This document shows, in pieces, positions 1 to 10,699 of a stretch of DNA of 64,000 nucleotides. A program made the translations under genes and the position numbers. This DNA comes from Sminthopsis crassicaudata (lineage: Eukaryota). Position 1 is the stretch's first letter; each line of letters opens with the position of its first letter. The DNA lies in contig NC_133619.1 of the NCBI RefSeq assembly GCF_048593235.1, positions 1,006,454 to 1,070,453 on the forward strand, written 5' to 3'. The notes under the pieces were generated by a model, which did not search any database, was not told the origin of the DNA, and worked only from the letters and a program-made list of their open reading frames with translations.

Positions 1-129
1 CTTCTGCTCACCTGCGCAAGGTTTGCGAAGACACTTCGAGCCTCCTCTGGAGGACTCCGACCACCTTCCCCTCCCCCAAGCCGGAAGGCCTCCCCCCTCC
101 TAACTCCATGTCTCTGAATCCGCCTCCAG

Positions 130-1191
130 CTGCCCTTCGAGAAGGCCTGCAAGAACCAGTCGGCCTGTGTGGCCGACTTGGAGCTGACGGCGCGCCTGGC
201 CCCCGTAAGTTTGTCACCGGCGGAAGCGGCTCCTCCTAGTCCTTGACACGCGGAAACTCTTACGCCCACTGGGGTGCTCCCTGCCCTTTGCTCGAGCCCC
301 TCCGGCGACACAGAGCTCGCTACCTCTTCAGGCGACCTGAGGGCCAGGGAACTGTCCTGCGCTGGGCTAAAAGTGGGCTCCTTCTCCCCTTCCCCCAGTG
401 GCGCCAGCGCCACATGCAGACCCCCCTCCACTGGAGACCGCCCATCAGTCAACTGAAGGTGCTGCCCGGCCCGAGCCCCTCGCCTTTCCAGGAGGGCTCT
501 AACCCACCCCGTGACGCTGGGACTGGCCCTGCGACTGCCTGTCTCCCAGCTGTGCCCCTACTGTGCTCATCCCGCAGCGGTCAGGTCACTTGTCTCCCAG
601 TTACGCTGGGGGGAGGAGCCAGGGGCGCACAGTAGGTAGCCTAAAGACATGCTTGTCCCTGATTTATCCCAGGGGCGCACAGCAGGGGCCTCCCAAGCTC
701 TCCTCCTAGTCTTTCTTCCTGGGGATTGCACCAGAGCTGGCTCAGGACCACACAGCCTTCATCCCCCTCCCCTGCTCCAGACCCCATCGACAGCTTCCTG
801 TCCCCTCCCCCCCAACCTTCTATCCTGCTTGGAGCATCCCTCTGCTTCTCCAAATACCTGGCTTCCCTAGGATCCCGGCTTCTGCTGACTTCTTTCCACC
901 CAGTCTGCAGCAGCGGCCCCCAGCTTAAGCTGGCTGCCCTCCAACACTGTGTGGAGCCCAAAGCCCAAATCCGGCCCAGACACCTTGGTGACTTGTCACC
1001 GGAGCTAGAACAACATTCCCGGCATCCAGCCGGACTTCGGGTTCCCCCTCTGCACAGTGGGTTGGACCATGGGGCGTCCTTGCCATTCCCTAAAAGCAGC
1101 CCCTGGCTCCTCCCTCCTGTTGTTCCTACCCTCCCAGAATGCCATCCTCCCTCCCATCTATTAGAAACCTAGTGTTCCCTTTCCTCAAACT

Positions 1192-1280
<89 letters not shown>

Positions 1281-4200
1281 AAACTCGTTGGGGGGGGGGG
1301 GAGTTTGTTCTGGGTTCCCTTCCCTCCGTGCCTAGCAATTCCTCACATGCAGTGCAGGCTTCCTAAACGCTTCTTGGTCTGAGTTCATCATCTCGGGCCC
1401 TACAATTATTTCTGGAGGCAATTTAAGCGTGTCAGAGGCCTAGGATGCCCAAAGTACCCAGGGGATGGAGTGCGAGCCCTTCTCAGCAGTCTCTGGAGGT
1501 CAGCTGGTCAGGTCATGCAGGCCCCCTAGGGGGCAAAGGCCTTCATGTTCAAGTTCACAGAGCTGTGAACTCTCCAGCTTCGAGCTTGCATCCAACCAAA
1601 GATCCAGCTCCATCAGCCGGGCTCCTTTTTGTGTGGCGAGAGGAAGCCCGAGTTTACACAGGCTTAGGCCAGCAATCTGCCCGCGTCCTTTTTTTGTGAA
1701 AAGATGGCTAGATGTGGGCCAGACATAATTCCAGGAACGGGACCCAACAGTTTAGTCTGGGGGGCAGAGAGATCTGGGTTGGAGCTCTGCTGCCTATCAT
1801 TTTTATTACTGACTGGAGTCAATAAAAATTAAGCACCTCCTATGAATGGGACACTGTGCCAGTAGACAGTCCCTCCCCTCAAAGAGCTTACATTTTATTG
1901 GGAGAGGCAACACATAATCGAATAAACAAAATAAATGAACACCTTTCTAGGGCAAGGCACAAAAGCCTGCTGGGGAGGGGTGAATTCTAAGAGGGGGGAG
2001 GAGCAGGACATACAGGCCAGGCCACTTGGCGCAGCCTACACAGAGGCTTGAAGCCGGCCTGGCCAGATTACAGAGGGCCAGAAACAGCAGAATGGATCTA
2101 AGGCGAGAACAGGGAGCCACTGCTGTTGATTGAGAAAGCGCCCAGACTCTGGCTTGGTCACTGTTAGGAAGCCGGTGTGTAGTCCAGCGAGAAGTGACAG
2201 GAGCGGAAAGTAGAGACAGAAGCCAGAGTGTGACAGGTTAAGTGGCAGACAGACACAGAGCCGGAAGGGATTCAGGGACCCAAAGGATCGTGGCAGATCT
2301 CTCATCTCGGCCACATCCAGGCAGATGAAATTCGATAGGGCCCAGTGCAGCCTCCTCCCACTTGGATTAAAAAGCACTCCCCGGGTTATGACGTGAAGGA
2401 GGGGTGGCTGACAAAGCTCTCAAAGGGCGCCAACATGGTGCAGCAGCCAAGACTATGCGCCCGCTGCATGCATCCATCCAAACCTCTCGTGCAGGGAGAA
2501 CATAGTGGTGGGGGTCACTAAGGAAGTGACAATGAACATTCATCTCGCCAACGCCGGGGAAGACTCCTTTCTGACCAGAATGACTCTGCTGCACCCTCCA
2601 AACCTACAGCTGAAGAGGATCCAAAAGGTGAGCCACCACCCTTCCTCCCGGGGCAGGCTGCCAACTCTAATCAAAGCCCTTACCTCACTGCTGGCAATAC
2701 TTCACGAGGTTCTTAAAGGGAGGTTAGGGACCTACGAGAAAAGGAGCCAGCCCGGCTTCCTCCAGACCAGGGGAGGCTGCTAGCTCAGCCTGGAGACCCC
2801 GGGTTCCCGGTGGACTTTCTCTTCAATCCCCGATGCCGGGGTCACCTTCTGCGTTCACAGCCTTCCTCCCCCGCCGTAGAGTGCACAGATCCCACACCTG
2901 CTCCCCCTCTCTTGGCTATGAGCTGTAAGATCGGCCAGACCATATTCAAGACATCACACGTAAGTTCACCGCTGGAGGCCGGCTCCCGTGCCCGTGTTGG
3001 TCATTTCTGTCTTCACTATCTCAGTGTTGCCCAAGACCTGCTCAGAAACTAACCCCCAACCTCGGCCGCCCTAACCGCTTCTACCCCCTGGGCCAGGCAG
3101 GCCCTGCAGAGTTTCACCTTTTTCCCTGTGGGGCCAAATATTTCTGCTTGACTTAGGGTTAGGGTTTCCCGAGAAACGTTCGTGTGTTCTCTCCCTTAAA
3201 ACAGGTCAACTTTTCAATAACTTGGCAACTAGATGGAAAAATATTTCCCAGTGAAGCAGCAGAAATTACCATTAATGTCACCAAGTAAGTATTAAGTGGG
3301 CAGCTAGGTGGCGCAGTGGTTAGAGCCTGGGGTCAGGAGAAACCGAGTTCATACCCAACCTCAGACTGTTACTAGTTGGGTGACCCTGACCAGGGTTCTG
3401 TGTGCCTCAGTTTCCTTACCTGCAAAATGAGCTGGGGAAGGAAACGGCAGAACACTCCACTATCTTCACCAAGAAAACTCCAGATGGGGTCACAAAGAGT
3501 TGGTTTCACACTGAATTATGTCACGGGGCTTTCTTAGGGCCCTGTGAGCTAAATGAGAGCAAACTTTTGACCTCTGATGTCACAAGTTAGTTTTCCCTTT
3601 TCCTTAACTCAGGGGACTTGGGTCATAAACAGGCAGGCTACTGGGGCCCTTTCTCCCCATCCCCCTTAGGAAGCCCTATCCTTGGTACCTGCTCCTGAAG
3701 GTGGGTCTGCCTAAAGGAGAAGGAGGGAATCACTCAGCTGTCACTTAGCCCACATCCTCCCCTCGGCCTTTTTGGGAAGATCCCAGCAATCAGTTGGACA
3801 GGAGGAAGTCATGGCCAAGAAGCAAAAAGCCTACCCTTTTCTTCCTCAGTGCCAACGGTCAGCCCCCAGTGATCGAGAGACAGAAGCTTCAAGTCAAGTA
3901 CATCCTTGTGGTAGCTCTCGATAAGTAAGTGGGACGGTGACTCCCCTGGGGGCAATGGCAGAACAAGCTGAAGCTGCTACAATTGTGATTAAGTCTCCCC
4001 AAAGTGTTGATGTTCTAGCTGGTTTCTGAGACTCTAAGAAGTCTCTTCTGTTGTAGCCAACAGCTAATTGACAGTGTCACTCTATATCCACTTTGGAACC
4101 CTAGGCCCCATGTCCTGATCTGGGCTCCCCTCGCACCTTTCCTCTTTGAGGGTCCCTACACCCAATTCAGCTCTTTTTGTGCCTTCCCACCCACAGATCC

Positions 4201-7200
4201 CTCGTGATGTACGTAGATACCAGCCGAGGCCTTCCCGAGTACAAAGAATTCCAGTTTAACGTAGGTATCCCGGGATCGAATCTGCCTGCACCACGGTTAA
4301 ACACAAGGGACTGACGTTCTCTGTCCCGTTCCCTCTGTAGATCCATGGGGAAAATCCCTTTGGAGCCAAGTTTGTGTTTGAGGTCTGTGTTCCAGCCAAA
4401 ATGCAAAGCCACGAAATCATAACCCTGAAGAACATAACAGCCACACAGGTACCTGAAAACTATCGCCGTTCTGCACAGGGCACTCTCAAGTTGAGGCTTC
4501 CCTAAGGTAGGAAAGGGGCAAGACAGTCAGGAAAACCAAGGAAAAAGGAGGTAGAGGTTCAGGGAGGCCCAATTTCATTCCCTGCCCTGGAAAACACAGG
4601 TAATCCCTGCACGGTTTCCCTTCTTAAAAAAAAAAAAAAAAAGTTTAGACCTTTTCAGAGGGAGCTTCTTTTCCCCTTTGGGCTTCCCAGAGTGCTAGCA
4701 GTTCCCCTCCTCTCCTCCCCATCTCCTCCTCCCTCCTCCCAGCCTCTCCTCCCCAGTCCCAACCTCCATTTCCTGGCCCTACAGAACTCTCCTCCAGGTT
4801 CTTCCTCTTGCCCCTTGTCCTTCTACTGCATCTTTGCCCAGCTTGGAGACGGCTCCCAGCCCTCCCCACCTGCCTGTAGGCCCGGGCCCCCTTCTTTCCT
4901 CACCTCTCCCTCAAGTTAATCTGCTCCTCTGGGCTTAGCCCCTCGGAAAACCGCAAAAACCGAGACTGAGAACACAGGAAATATTCATTTATGGAATGGC
5001 TCCCTCAAAGACTTTAGAGTTTTCAGTTTGGGGCGAGCTGAAAACTGCACCTAGCAAGTGCCTTGCATAGACAAAGTTATACTCTGACAGTTTTCTGGCT
5101 CAGAAAGATCTCCCCGCGGGCCGGGGCCTGCGCCAGGGTCACCGGAACAGGCTGTGGCTCTGCAGCAGCTCGGTGGCCGAGCCGAAGGCCAGCACAGACT
5201 CATAGAAGGCCTGGATCTGCTGCCTCACCAGGCGCATGGGCCCCGTGCTGACCTTCTTCTTGAAGACCATCTCCTTTAGGACCTTGTCGGCCAGGTAGTG
5301 CAGCCAGAGCACGTTGCTGTAGGGGTGGTACTGGGCCCAGCGATTGCGAGTCCGCTTCTTCATGAGCCGGTACATTTCGAACTGGTAGTCCCCCTGGCCC
5401 TGGAAGAGCTCCCGCTCCTGGGAGAGGTCGCAGAACACCACCAGCCCGTCCTTCTCCAGGCGGGACAGCGTGTAGTCGATGATGTTGACGTGGATGCCGT
5501 GGGTGGCGATGGTGCCCGCCTGCCCGTTCAGCGTGTAGCCCAGCTGCTTGGCGCTGGTCCTCTTCACCAGGACGTTGCCCCAGTGCAGGTCCCGGTGCTC
5601 GAAGTGCAGCGCGGCCTCGGCCACGGCCAGCGCCGCCGTGACCTGGTGCAGCAGGCTCTTGGCGGCCGCCACGGAGGACAGCTGCTTCCTCATGTGCTCC
5701 AGGTCCACGCCTCCGAACTCAAACTCCAGCACCACGTACAGCTGCTCCGGGCCAAAATAGTCCGGCCTCTCGTTCTCGGAGCCCCTGCGGCTGCGGAAGG
5801 AGTCCCAGGCCTGGAGCAGCGCCTCGGGGTAGGGGCCCTGCACGCAGCGGGCCGAGTACAGCCCGATGAAGCCCTCGGTGCGGTTGGGGGCCTCTTCCGA
5901 CAGGAGGCTCAGCTCCTTGGAGATGATGATCTCGGGCAGGATCTCCCCGAAGGTTTTCTGCGGGCTTCCGTTCACGAGCTCCTCGCCCTCGATGGCGATG
6001 ACTTTCAAGGCCGTTTCGCGGTTCTCCACCACGGTGCGGAACACCTCCCCAAACACGCCCTCCCCAATCTTCTCGCAGTTTTTGATTCGGTCGGGAGACA
6101 GGTAGTGACCAAAGGCCAGCGGCCCTTCCTGCTGGCACTCGCGGTACACCTTCTCCGCGTCTGACAGCATCAACTCGGCCGCGGGCAGGGACTTGTTGGG
6201 GGTCAGCACGTACATGGAGGAGGTCTGCCACGGGGTGCCGCTGGGGGGTCCGAAGGAGTCTAGGAGCAGGGAGCCGCCCGGGGAGACCGGGGGCTGCAGC
6301 TCGGCCACCATCTTCTTCTTGTGAAAGGAGAGGGAGGCCCGCCTCTGGGCCCAGCCCCTCACGCCGTTAGCCCCGCTTCCGGGCCTGGCCTGGGAGGGCT
6401 GAGTCTTCTTCCAGCGGGCGCAGCTGAGGCCGCTGATGCACGCCTTCCGGGCCGTGCTCTGGGGGAGGGCGGGGGTGGCCAGGGCCGGCTTGGCCGCTTT
6501 CCGGGGGGCTCCCTTGCGGGCTCTCAGGCGGGGTCTCGAGCGGGGCTCCTTGGGGGGCTCCGGGATAGGGCTGAAAAGGGACCTGCTGGTGGCCATGCTG
6601 TCCCCAGGGGCGGGCTCAGGTTCTTCCAGGGGCCCGGGGCTCAGGTCGCAGGGGGGGCCCGGGCTCAGGTCGCAGGGGGGGGCCGGGCTCAGGTCGCAGG
6701 GGGGGCCCGGGCTCAGGTCGCAGGGGGGGGCCGGGCTCAGGTCGCAGGGGGGGCCCGGGCTCAGGTTGCCGACAGGACTGAGGCTGGCCAGGATGCTGTT
6801 GGACAGGCCGATGCGGCCCCCCGCGGGGGTACGGAGGCTGGGGGGTGGAGGCGGTTCCGAGGGCGGCCCCGGGGTGCTGCAGAGAGGGGGCCCGGGCCTC
6901 TGGCCCCGCGCCCGGAGCTTCCAGGACCGCTCGGTCACGTGGCGGTGCGGCCGGTTCTCCTTGGCCGCCTCCTCCTCGTCCTCCTCCTGGTCCGCCAGGT
7001 CCCCGCCAGGCACCTGCCGCCGCCCTGGGGTCGCGTCCACCGGCGCGGGGGGCCCATCTGCCCGCAGCCGCCGCCGCCGCCCCCGCGGAGCTGTCCCCGG
7101 GGAGCCGCAGGCGGGGCCCGGCTCGTAGTCGGGGTCAGAGTCCGGAGCCGAGGCGGGGCTGCCGCTGCCGAGCCCAATGCTGGGGCTGCCGGCGCTCAGG

Positions 7201-10200
7201 CCGCTGCTGCTGCTGGAGAAGAGGCGCCGGCGCTCGCGGGCCGGGGAGAACCAGGGCGCGGCCGCCACCCGGGCCCGCGCCCCGCGCCCGGCTCCCCGCC
7301 GCCGTCCGCCGCCCAGGCCGCCGTAGGTTCGGAGCAGCCGGGCCTGGGGCTGCGGGGCCCGCGACGGCGCCATGGAGCCCGCCCAACGTCCGGCGCGAGC
7401 CCAACGGCCGGAGCTGCCCCCGCGTGCGCATGCGCGCGCACGCGTGCGCTTATTCCTCGGCTTTGGGACTCCGAATCTCCCGCCCACGCGCAGGCGCTCC
7501 CCGCTCTCATTTGTGGGACGGGCTCTCCGCAGCCGAGAGCCTTAGATTGGCGGTTACGGACAGGAGGAGGACCCTCAGCTTCCCGCCCAGTCTGCCCAAT
7601 AGTCTCGCGCCTGATCCTGGCCCGCGCCCTCTAGGGGTGGAGCCAGGGGCCGAGTGGACCGAGGCGTCTTCTCCTTTCCCTCCTTCTAGTGCAGCCAGAA
7701 GCCAGGATGCAGGATCCGCCTCCCCGGAGGGCTTTCCGAGGCGCCGGTGAGTGTGGGCCCCCACCCCAGGGCTCCCCAGCCCAGACTTACAAAGCCCCGC
7801 CCAGGAGGCGTGGCCTCCACTCTAGGGAATCCCCGCCTAAAGGGATTCCCCAGCCCAGCCTTCCTGAGCCCCGCCTCGGAGGCGTTACCCCCGTCCAGAT
7901 TTCTCCTGGGGTCTCCCCCCGCCCCGGGGGCCTGACTGCGGTTCGGGGGGCATCCCCGGCCTCCTCGACCCGTCCTCCTCCCTGGCCAGGAGCTGCAGTG
8001 GCTCCAGCTGAGCTGCACGCTGTCCCAGGTGCCCTCCGCAGTGCGGCTGGGAGCGCAGCTGTCCCCAAAGGTAGGGCGAAGAAGGGGCGGGGGGGGGGAG
8101 GGGGAGCTGAGCGGGCCGGCCCCTCACCCGCCTGATCCCCCATCTCCCACGCAGCTGCCCAGGGCTCCATGGGTGCTGTGCATCCCTGCCGAGATCTCCT
8201 TCGACGGAGCCGTGTACGAAAACCGGGGGCCGGTGGGCTCCTTGAGCTCGGTAAGGGCCGCGGAGCTGGGGGCAGCTGCGGTTAGCCCCTCCTGGCTTTC
8301 CCCAGCTGGCAGCGCGGAGGGGCCGGCGGAGGGCCGCTTGGGGGGCGGGATCTGAGCTTTCCCGACTGCAGCCTCACTGCTCCGGCTCATCCCCTGAGCT
8401 GAGCCTCGGGCGGACAAAAGTGCCCCAGAAGATCGGGCTCTTTCCCCAGGGACGCCCTGCCCGGCGGTGCAAAGGAGAGAGCTTGGGCCGCCCAGGCACC
8501 TCCTCTCTCCCTTCTGGCCCGGAGGGGGAGGGGAAGGGGGCCGGCCATTGGAAGCCCTGTGGGCTCAGCCTAATCCCCCTTGGGGTGCTCTTCTTGGCTC
8601 CCTGAAAACGAAAGGGAAATAGGCTTGGAAAGGATCTGGCTGCTCTCCGGGGCCTGTCCGGCCCTGTGGCCAGCGGGGCTGCGGACGAGCTTGGCTCTGG
8701 ATGACAGAAGGCCCGGGTTAAATTCCATGGGTCACTGGGGCCAGACAGATATGCTTTTGATCTCTCAGAGGCTTCTGGGGGCGTCGGGTGGGGGTGGGAA
8801 AGCAAACAGTCCGGAAAGGCCCTGGACTGCCAGAGCTCTGGAGATGTTCTTGAGGTCTCTGTGAAAGGCACTTGGACCGCCCCGAACCTCCCGGGGTTTC
8901 TCAGCATCCTTTGGATGCAGAAGCCAAACAGAGTCCTTCAAGTTCCAGGAAGGCGGCCATGGCTGAACCCAACTGAGTTCAGGGCAGGCGGGGATGCCGC
9001 AGACCCGCCTGGACACGGGGCTCCATGGGCGGCTCGTTGCCTTTGAAGGCCGCAGCCTTGGGGTCTGTGAAGCAGCCACTTTTGGGCCGGGACGTGTGGT
9101 CGGGTAGAACGGGTGCTGGAGGAGCATTCGTTCACGGGTCTCCGACCCTGTTTTTTAAAGCCTGAATAGCCTGTGTTCATATAAAGGTTGCAAATGTTTC
9201 CTTTACAAATTTCATCTCATCGGATTCCCACAGCAGTCCCGGGAGGGATTGTCCCCATTTTACAGATTAGAAGACTGAGGCAAACAGGGTCAGTGATTTG
9301 TCCAGAGTGCCTCCAGTGTCTGAGGCTGTATTTGAACTGGGTTTTGCTGACGTCAGGGCTTGTGCTTTATCCCGTGCATTGCTCCCTGGCTGCCCCAGAT
9401 TCTCCAGAAGCGTGTGGGGACTTTGGCCTTGGGTTACCCAGCAGATGCTTTGCTCTTCTCGTGCCAGAATATCACTGTCCTGCTGGAGGACCACGGGGCC
9501 CACACCCTGCCCATCATCCTGGGGAGCAGCGCCGGGGGCATTTTCCTCCTGATTGGGATCATTGCCGTTCTCTGGAAGGTGAGTCCTGTTAGGAGGGTGC
9601 CATCACACCGGACTGTGGGTGTTTAGGCAGCTCTTCCTGTGAGGGACCAAAACGAGCAGGGTCCAGTCGTTAAAACTTTATTTAGCCCCTACTGCGTGCC
9701 AGGCACTGGCAAAGGGAGGCAAAGGACAGCCCTCCGGCCTCAGAGGGTCTTCTTTAGAGACACAGGTAACTTTGAGGGAGTAGAGGCGTGATGAGTCATT
9801 CTCATGTACCTGGAAATTTAAGCCAGTCACTTTCCTCTAAGAGGGTGGGCAGGATGGTGGCCCTGGGCGATCGGTCAGCCAGGTAGGCATAAAAGCCCAG
9901 AGAGAGGCATTTTCCTGATGGCAGATAAGACATCGTAGGTCTGCCTGGGAGCCAAGCCACAGTCTCTAAGGATGTTTGTGTGGGACAAATGTCATCTTAT
10001 GAGATCTTCACAAAAATCCAGGGAGGGAGAGGCTATTTTTATCCCCATTTTACAGATAAGGAGACTGAGGCAAACAGGTTCAGTGATTTGTCCCAAGTCC
10101 CACAGGTGGCAGATGTCTGAGGCCAGATTTGAACTCAGGCTTCCTGATGCCAGATCTTGTGCTTTATCCCCTGCATTGCCCCCCTGGCTGTTTCAGGGGA

Positions 10201-10538
10201 GTGTCTTAACAACCAGAAGTGAACATGGGAACCTAAAGAAAGAAACAGCATTCCCTGGCATCTGTAGGATGGGTGCAGGGAGCCTCACTGGGTGCTCAGG
10301 TGGGGCTGGCAAAGGGCCAAGATAGTGTTTTTCTCGTGAAGCCCCAAAGTTCTCTTCCCCAAATATCAGGATCCTTTTGGCTGATGGGTACTGAGATCTC
10401 TGACTGTACTTTCCCTCCCTTTTTTTGCGGTGGTGGTCATTGCAGTGTGGCTTTTTTAAGAGGAAATACCAGGCTATCACCTCAGAGAGCACAAGGAACT
10501 CCCAGGACCCGGGAAAGCTGATCCCAGCTGAAAACTAG
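130..10538 (+). CDS. ITGAE: Integrin alpha-E (CD103), 3' partial. Exons 130-204, 2495-2627, 2861-2959, 3205-3284, 3850-3924, 4197-4260, 4341-4448, 7690-7746, 7990-8070, 8155-8250, 9468-9578, 10446-10538
   Basis: All exons are AG/GT bounded. Peptides LPFEKACKNQSACVADL, IHGENPFGA, AEISFD, TM segment LPIILGSSAGGIFLLIGIIAVLWK and cytoplasmic CGFFKRKYQ (integrin-alpha GFFKR motif) match human ITGAE as recalled. Stop TAG at 10536-10538. There is one phase mismatch between 130-204 and 2495. Exon 7690-7746 was assigned mainly by length (57 nt), phase and position. Confidence 0.93.
1193..1277. repeat. (CA)n microsatellite, ~42 units
   Basis: Perfect CA run. Confidence 0.99.
1812..2030. mobile_element. 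Degenerate L2 LINE 3' fragment (bounds approximate)
   Basis: ATTAAGCACCTCCTATG...CTCAAAGAGCTTACATTTTATTGGG resembles the L2 3' end. Confidence 0.5.
3298..3520 (+). mobile_element. Marsupial CORE-SINE (Mar1/MIR-like)
   Basis: GGGCAGCTAGGTGGCGCAGTGG head, B-box-like GAGTTCA, core GCCTCAGTTTCC, tail CACTCCACTATCTTCACCAAGAAAAC. Confidence 0.8.
5139..7373 (-). CDS. HASPIN: Haspin histone H3-Thr3 kinase (GSG2), intronless, 744 aa, nested antisense in ITGAE intron 26
   Basis: Single ORF from ATG 7373 (tccATGG). N-terminal RLLRTYG, CSTP and ASLSFHKKK motifs. Kinase motifs KIGEGVFGEVF, HRDLHWGNVL and the haspin-specific DYT in place of DFG. C-terminus SLFR-stop. Confidence 0.98.
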   Translation of the reverse strand: MAPSRAPQPQARLLRTYGGLGGGRRRGAGRGARARVAAAPWFSPARERRRLFSSSSSGLSAGSPSIGLGSGSPASAPDSDPDYEPGPACGSPGTAPRGRRRRLRADGPPAPVDATPGRRQVPGGDLADQEEDEEEAAKENRPHRHVTERSWKLRARGQRPGPPLCSTPGPPSEPPPPPSLRTPAGGRIGLSNSILASLSPVGNLSPGPPCDLSPAPPCDLSPGPPCDLSPAPPCDLSPGPPCDLSPGPLEEPEPAPGDSMATSRSLFSPIPEPPKEPRSRPRLRARKGAPRKAAKPALATPALPQSTARKACISGLSCARWKKTQPSQARPGSGANGVRGWAQRRASLSFHKKKMVAELQPPVSPGGSLLLDSFGPPSGTPWQTSSMYVLTPNKSLPAAELMLSDAEKVYRECQQEGPLAFGHYLSPDRIKNCEKIGEGVFGEVFRTVVENRETALKVIAIEGEELVNGSPQKTFGEILPEIIISKELSLLSEEAPNRTEGFIGLYSARCVQGPYPEALLQAWDSFRSRRGSENERPDYFGPEQLYVVLEFEFGGVDLEHMRKQLSSVAAAKSLLHQVTAALAVAEAALHFEHRDLHWGNVLVKRTSAKQLGYTLNGQAGTIATHGIHVNIIDYTLSRLEKDGLVVFCDLSQERELFQGQGDYQFEMYRLMKKRTRNRWAQYHPYSNVLWLHYLADKVLKEMVFKKKVSTGPMRLVRQQIQAFYESVLAFGSATELLQSHSLFR
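6637..6766 (-). repeat. 24-bp coding tandem repeat in HASPIN (PPCDLSP[G/A] x ~5)
   Basis: Unit GGGCTCAGGTCGCAGGGGGGGCCC on +, five full copies plus a partial copy, frame preserved. Confidence 0.95.
7374..7700. promoter_or_regulatory. CpG-island bidirectional promoter for HASPIN and a possible internal ITGAE transcript
   Basis: CpG-dense. NRF1 palindrome TGCGCATGCGC 7425-7435, CCAAT boxes in both orientations (7546-7550, 7596-7600), GC boxes. Lies between the HASPIN ATG and ITGAE exon 27. Confidence 0.75.
9232..9385 (-). mobile_element. MIR/CORE-SINE fragment
   Basis: CCCATTTTACAGAT..GACTGAGGCAAACAGGG core in reverse orientation. Confidence 0.7.
10000..10190 (-). mobile_element. MIR/CORE-SINE fragment
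   Basis: CCCATTTTACAGATAAGGAGACTGAGGC...ATTTGAACTCAGG. Confidence 0.7.
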
Positions 10539-10699
10539 GGCCCTGCTCCTCAGGAAGCGGGGAAGTGGCTCGGCAGCCAGGCCTCATCAGTGTTGGATGT
10601 TGTCATTAAGATTTAACCTTCCTATAAAACCATGCTTCTCCTTTGACCTAGAAATACTACTGCTAGCTCTGTATCCCTAAAGAAGTTTTTTGTTTTTTT

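Noticed and set aside
3153-3166. TTAGGGTTAGGGTT telomere-like motif
   Set aside because: Only two units, expected by chance in 64 kb.
4626-4642. A17 run downstream of HASPIN as a retrogene poly-A scar
   Set aside because: Wrong strand: a minus-strand poly-A tail would appear as T on +.
7374-7487. 38-aa N-terminal extension of HASPIN in the ORF track
   Set aside because: It starts at GTG inside the promoter. Homology begins just after ATG 7373, which has a good Kozak context.
5298-7750. Plus-strand ORFs of 288, 437, 230 and 301 aa opposite HASPIN
   Set aside because: Typical antisense shadows of a high-GC3 coding sequence, with no recognisable domain.
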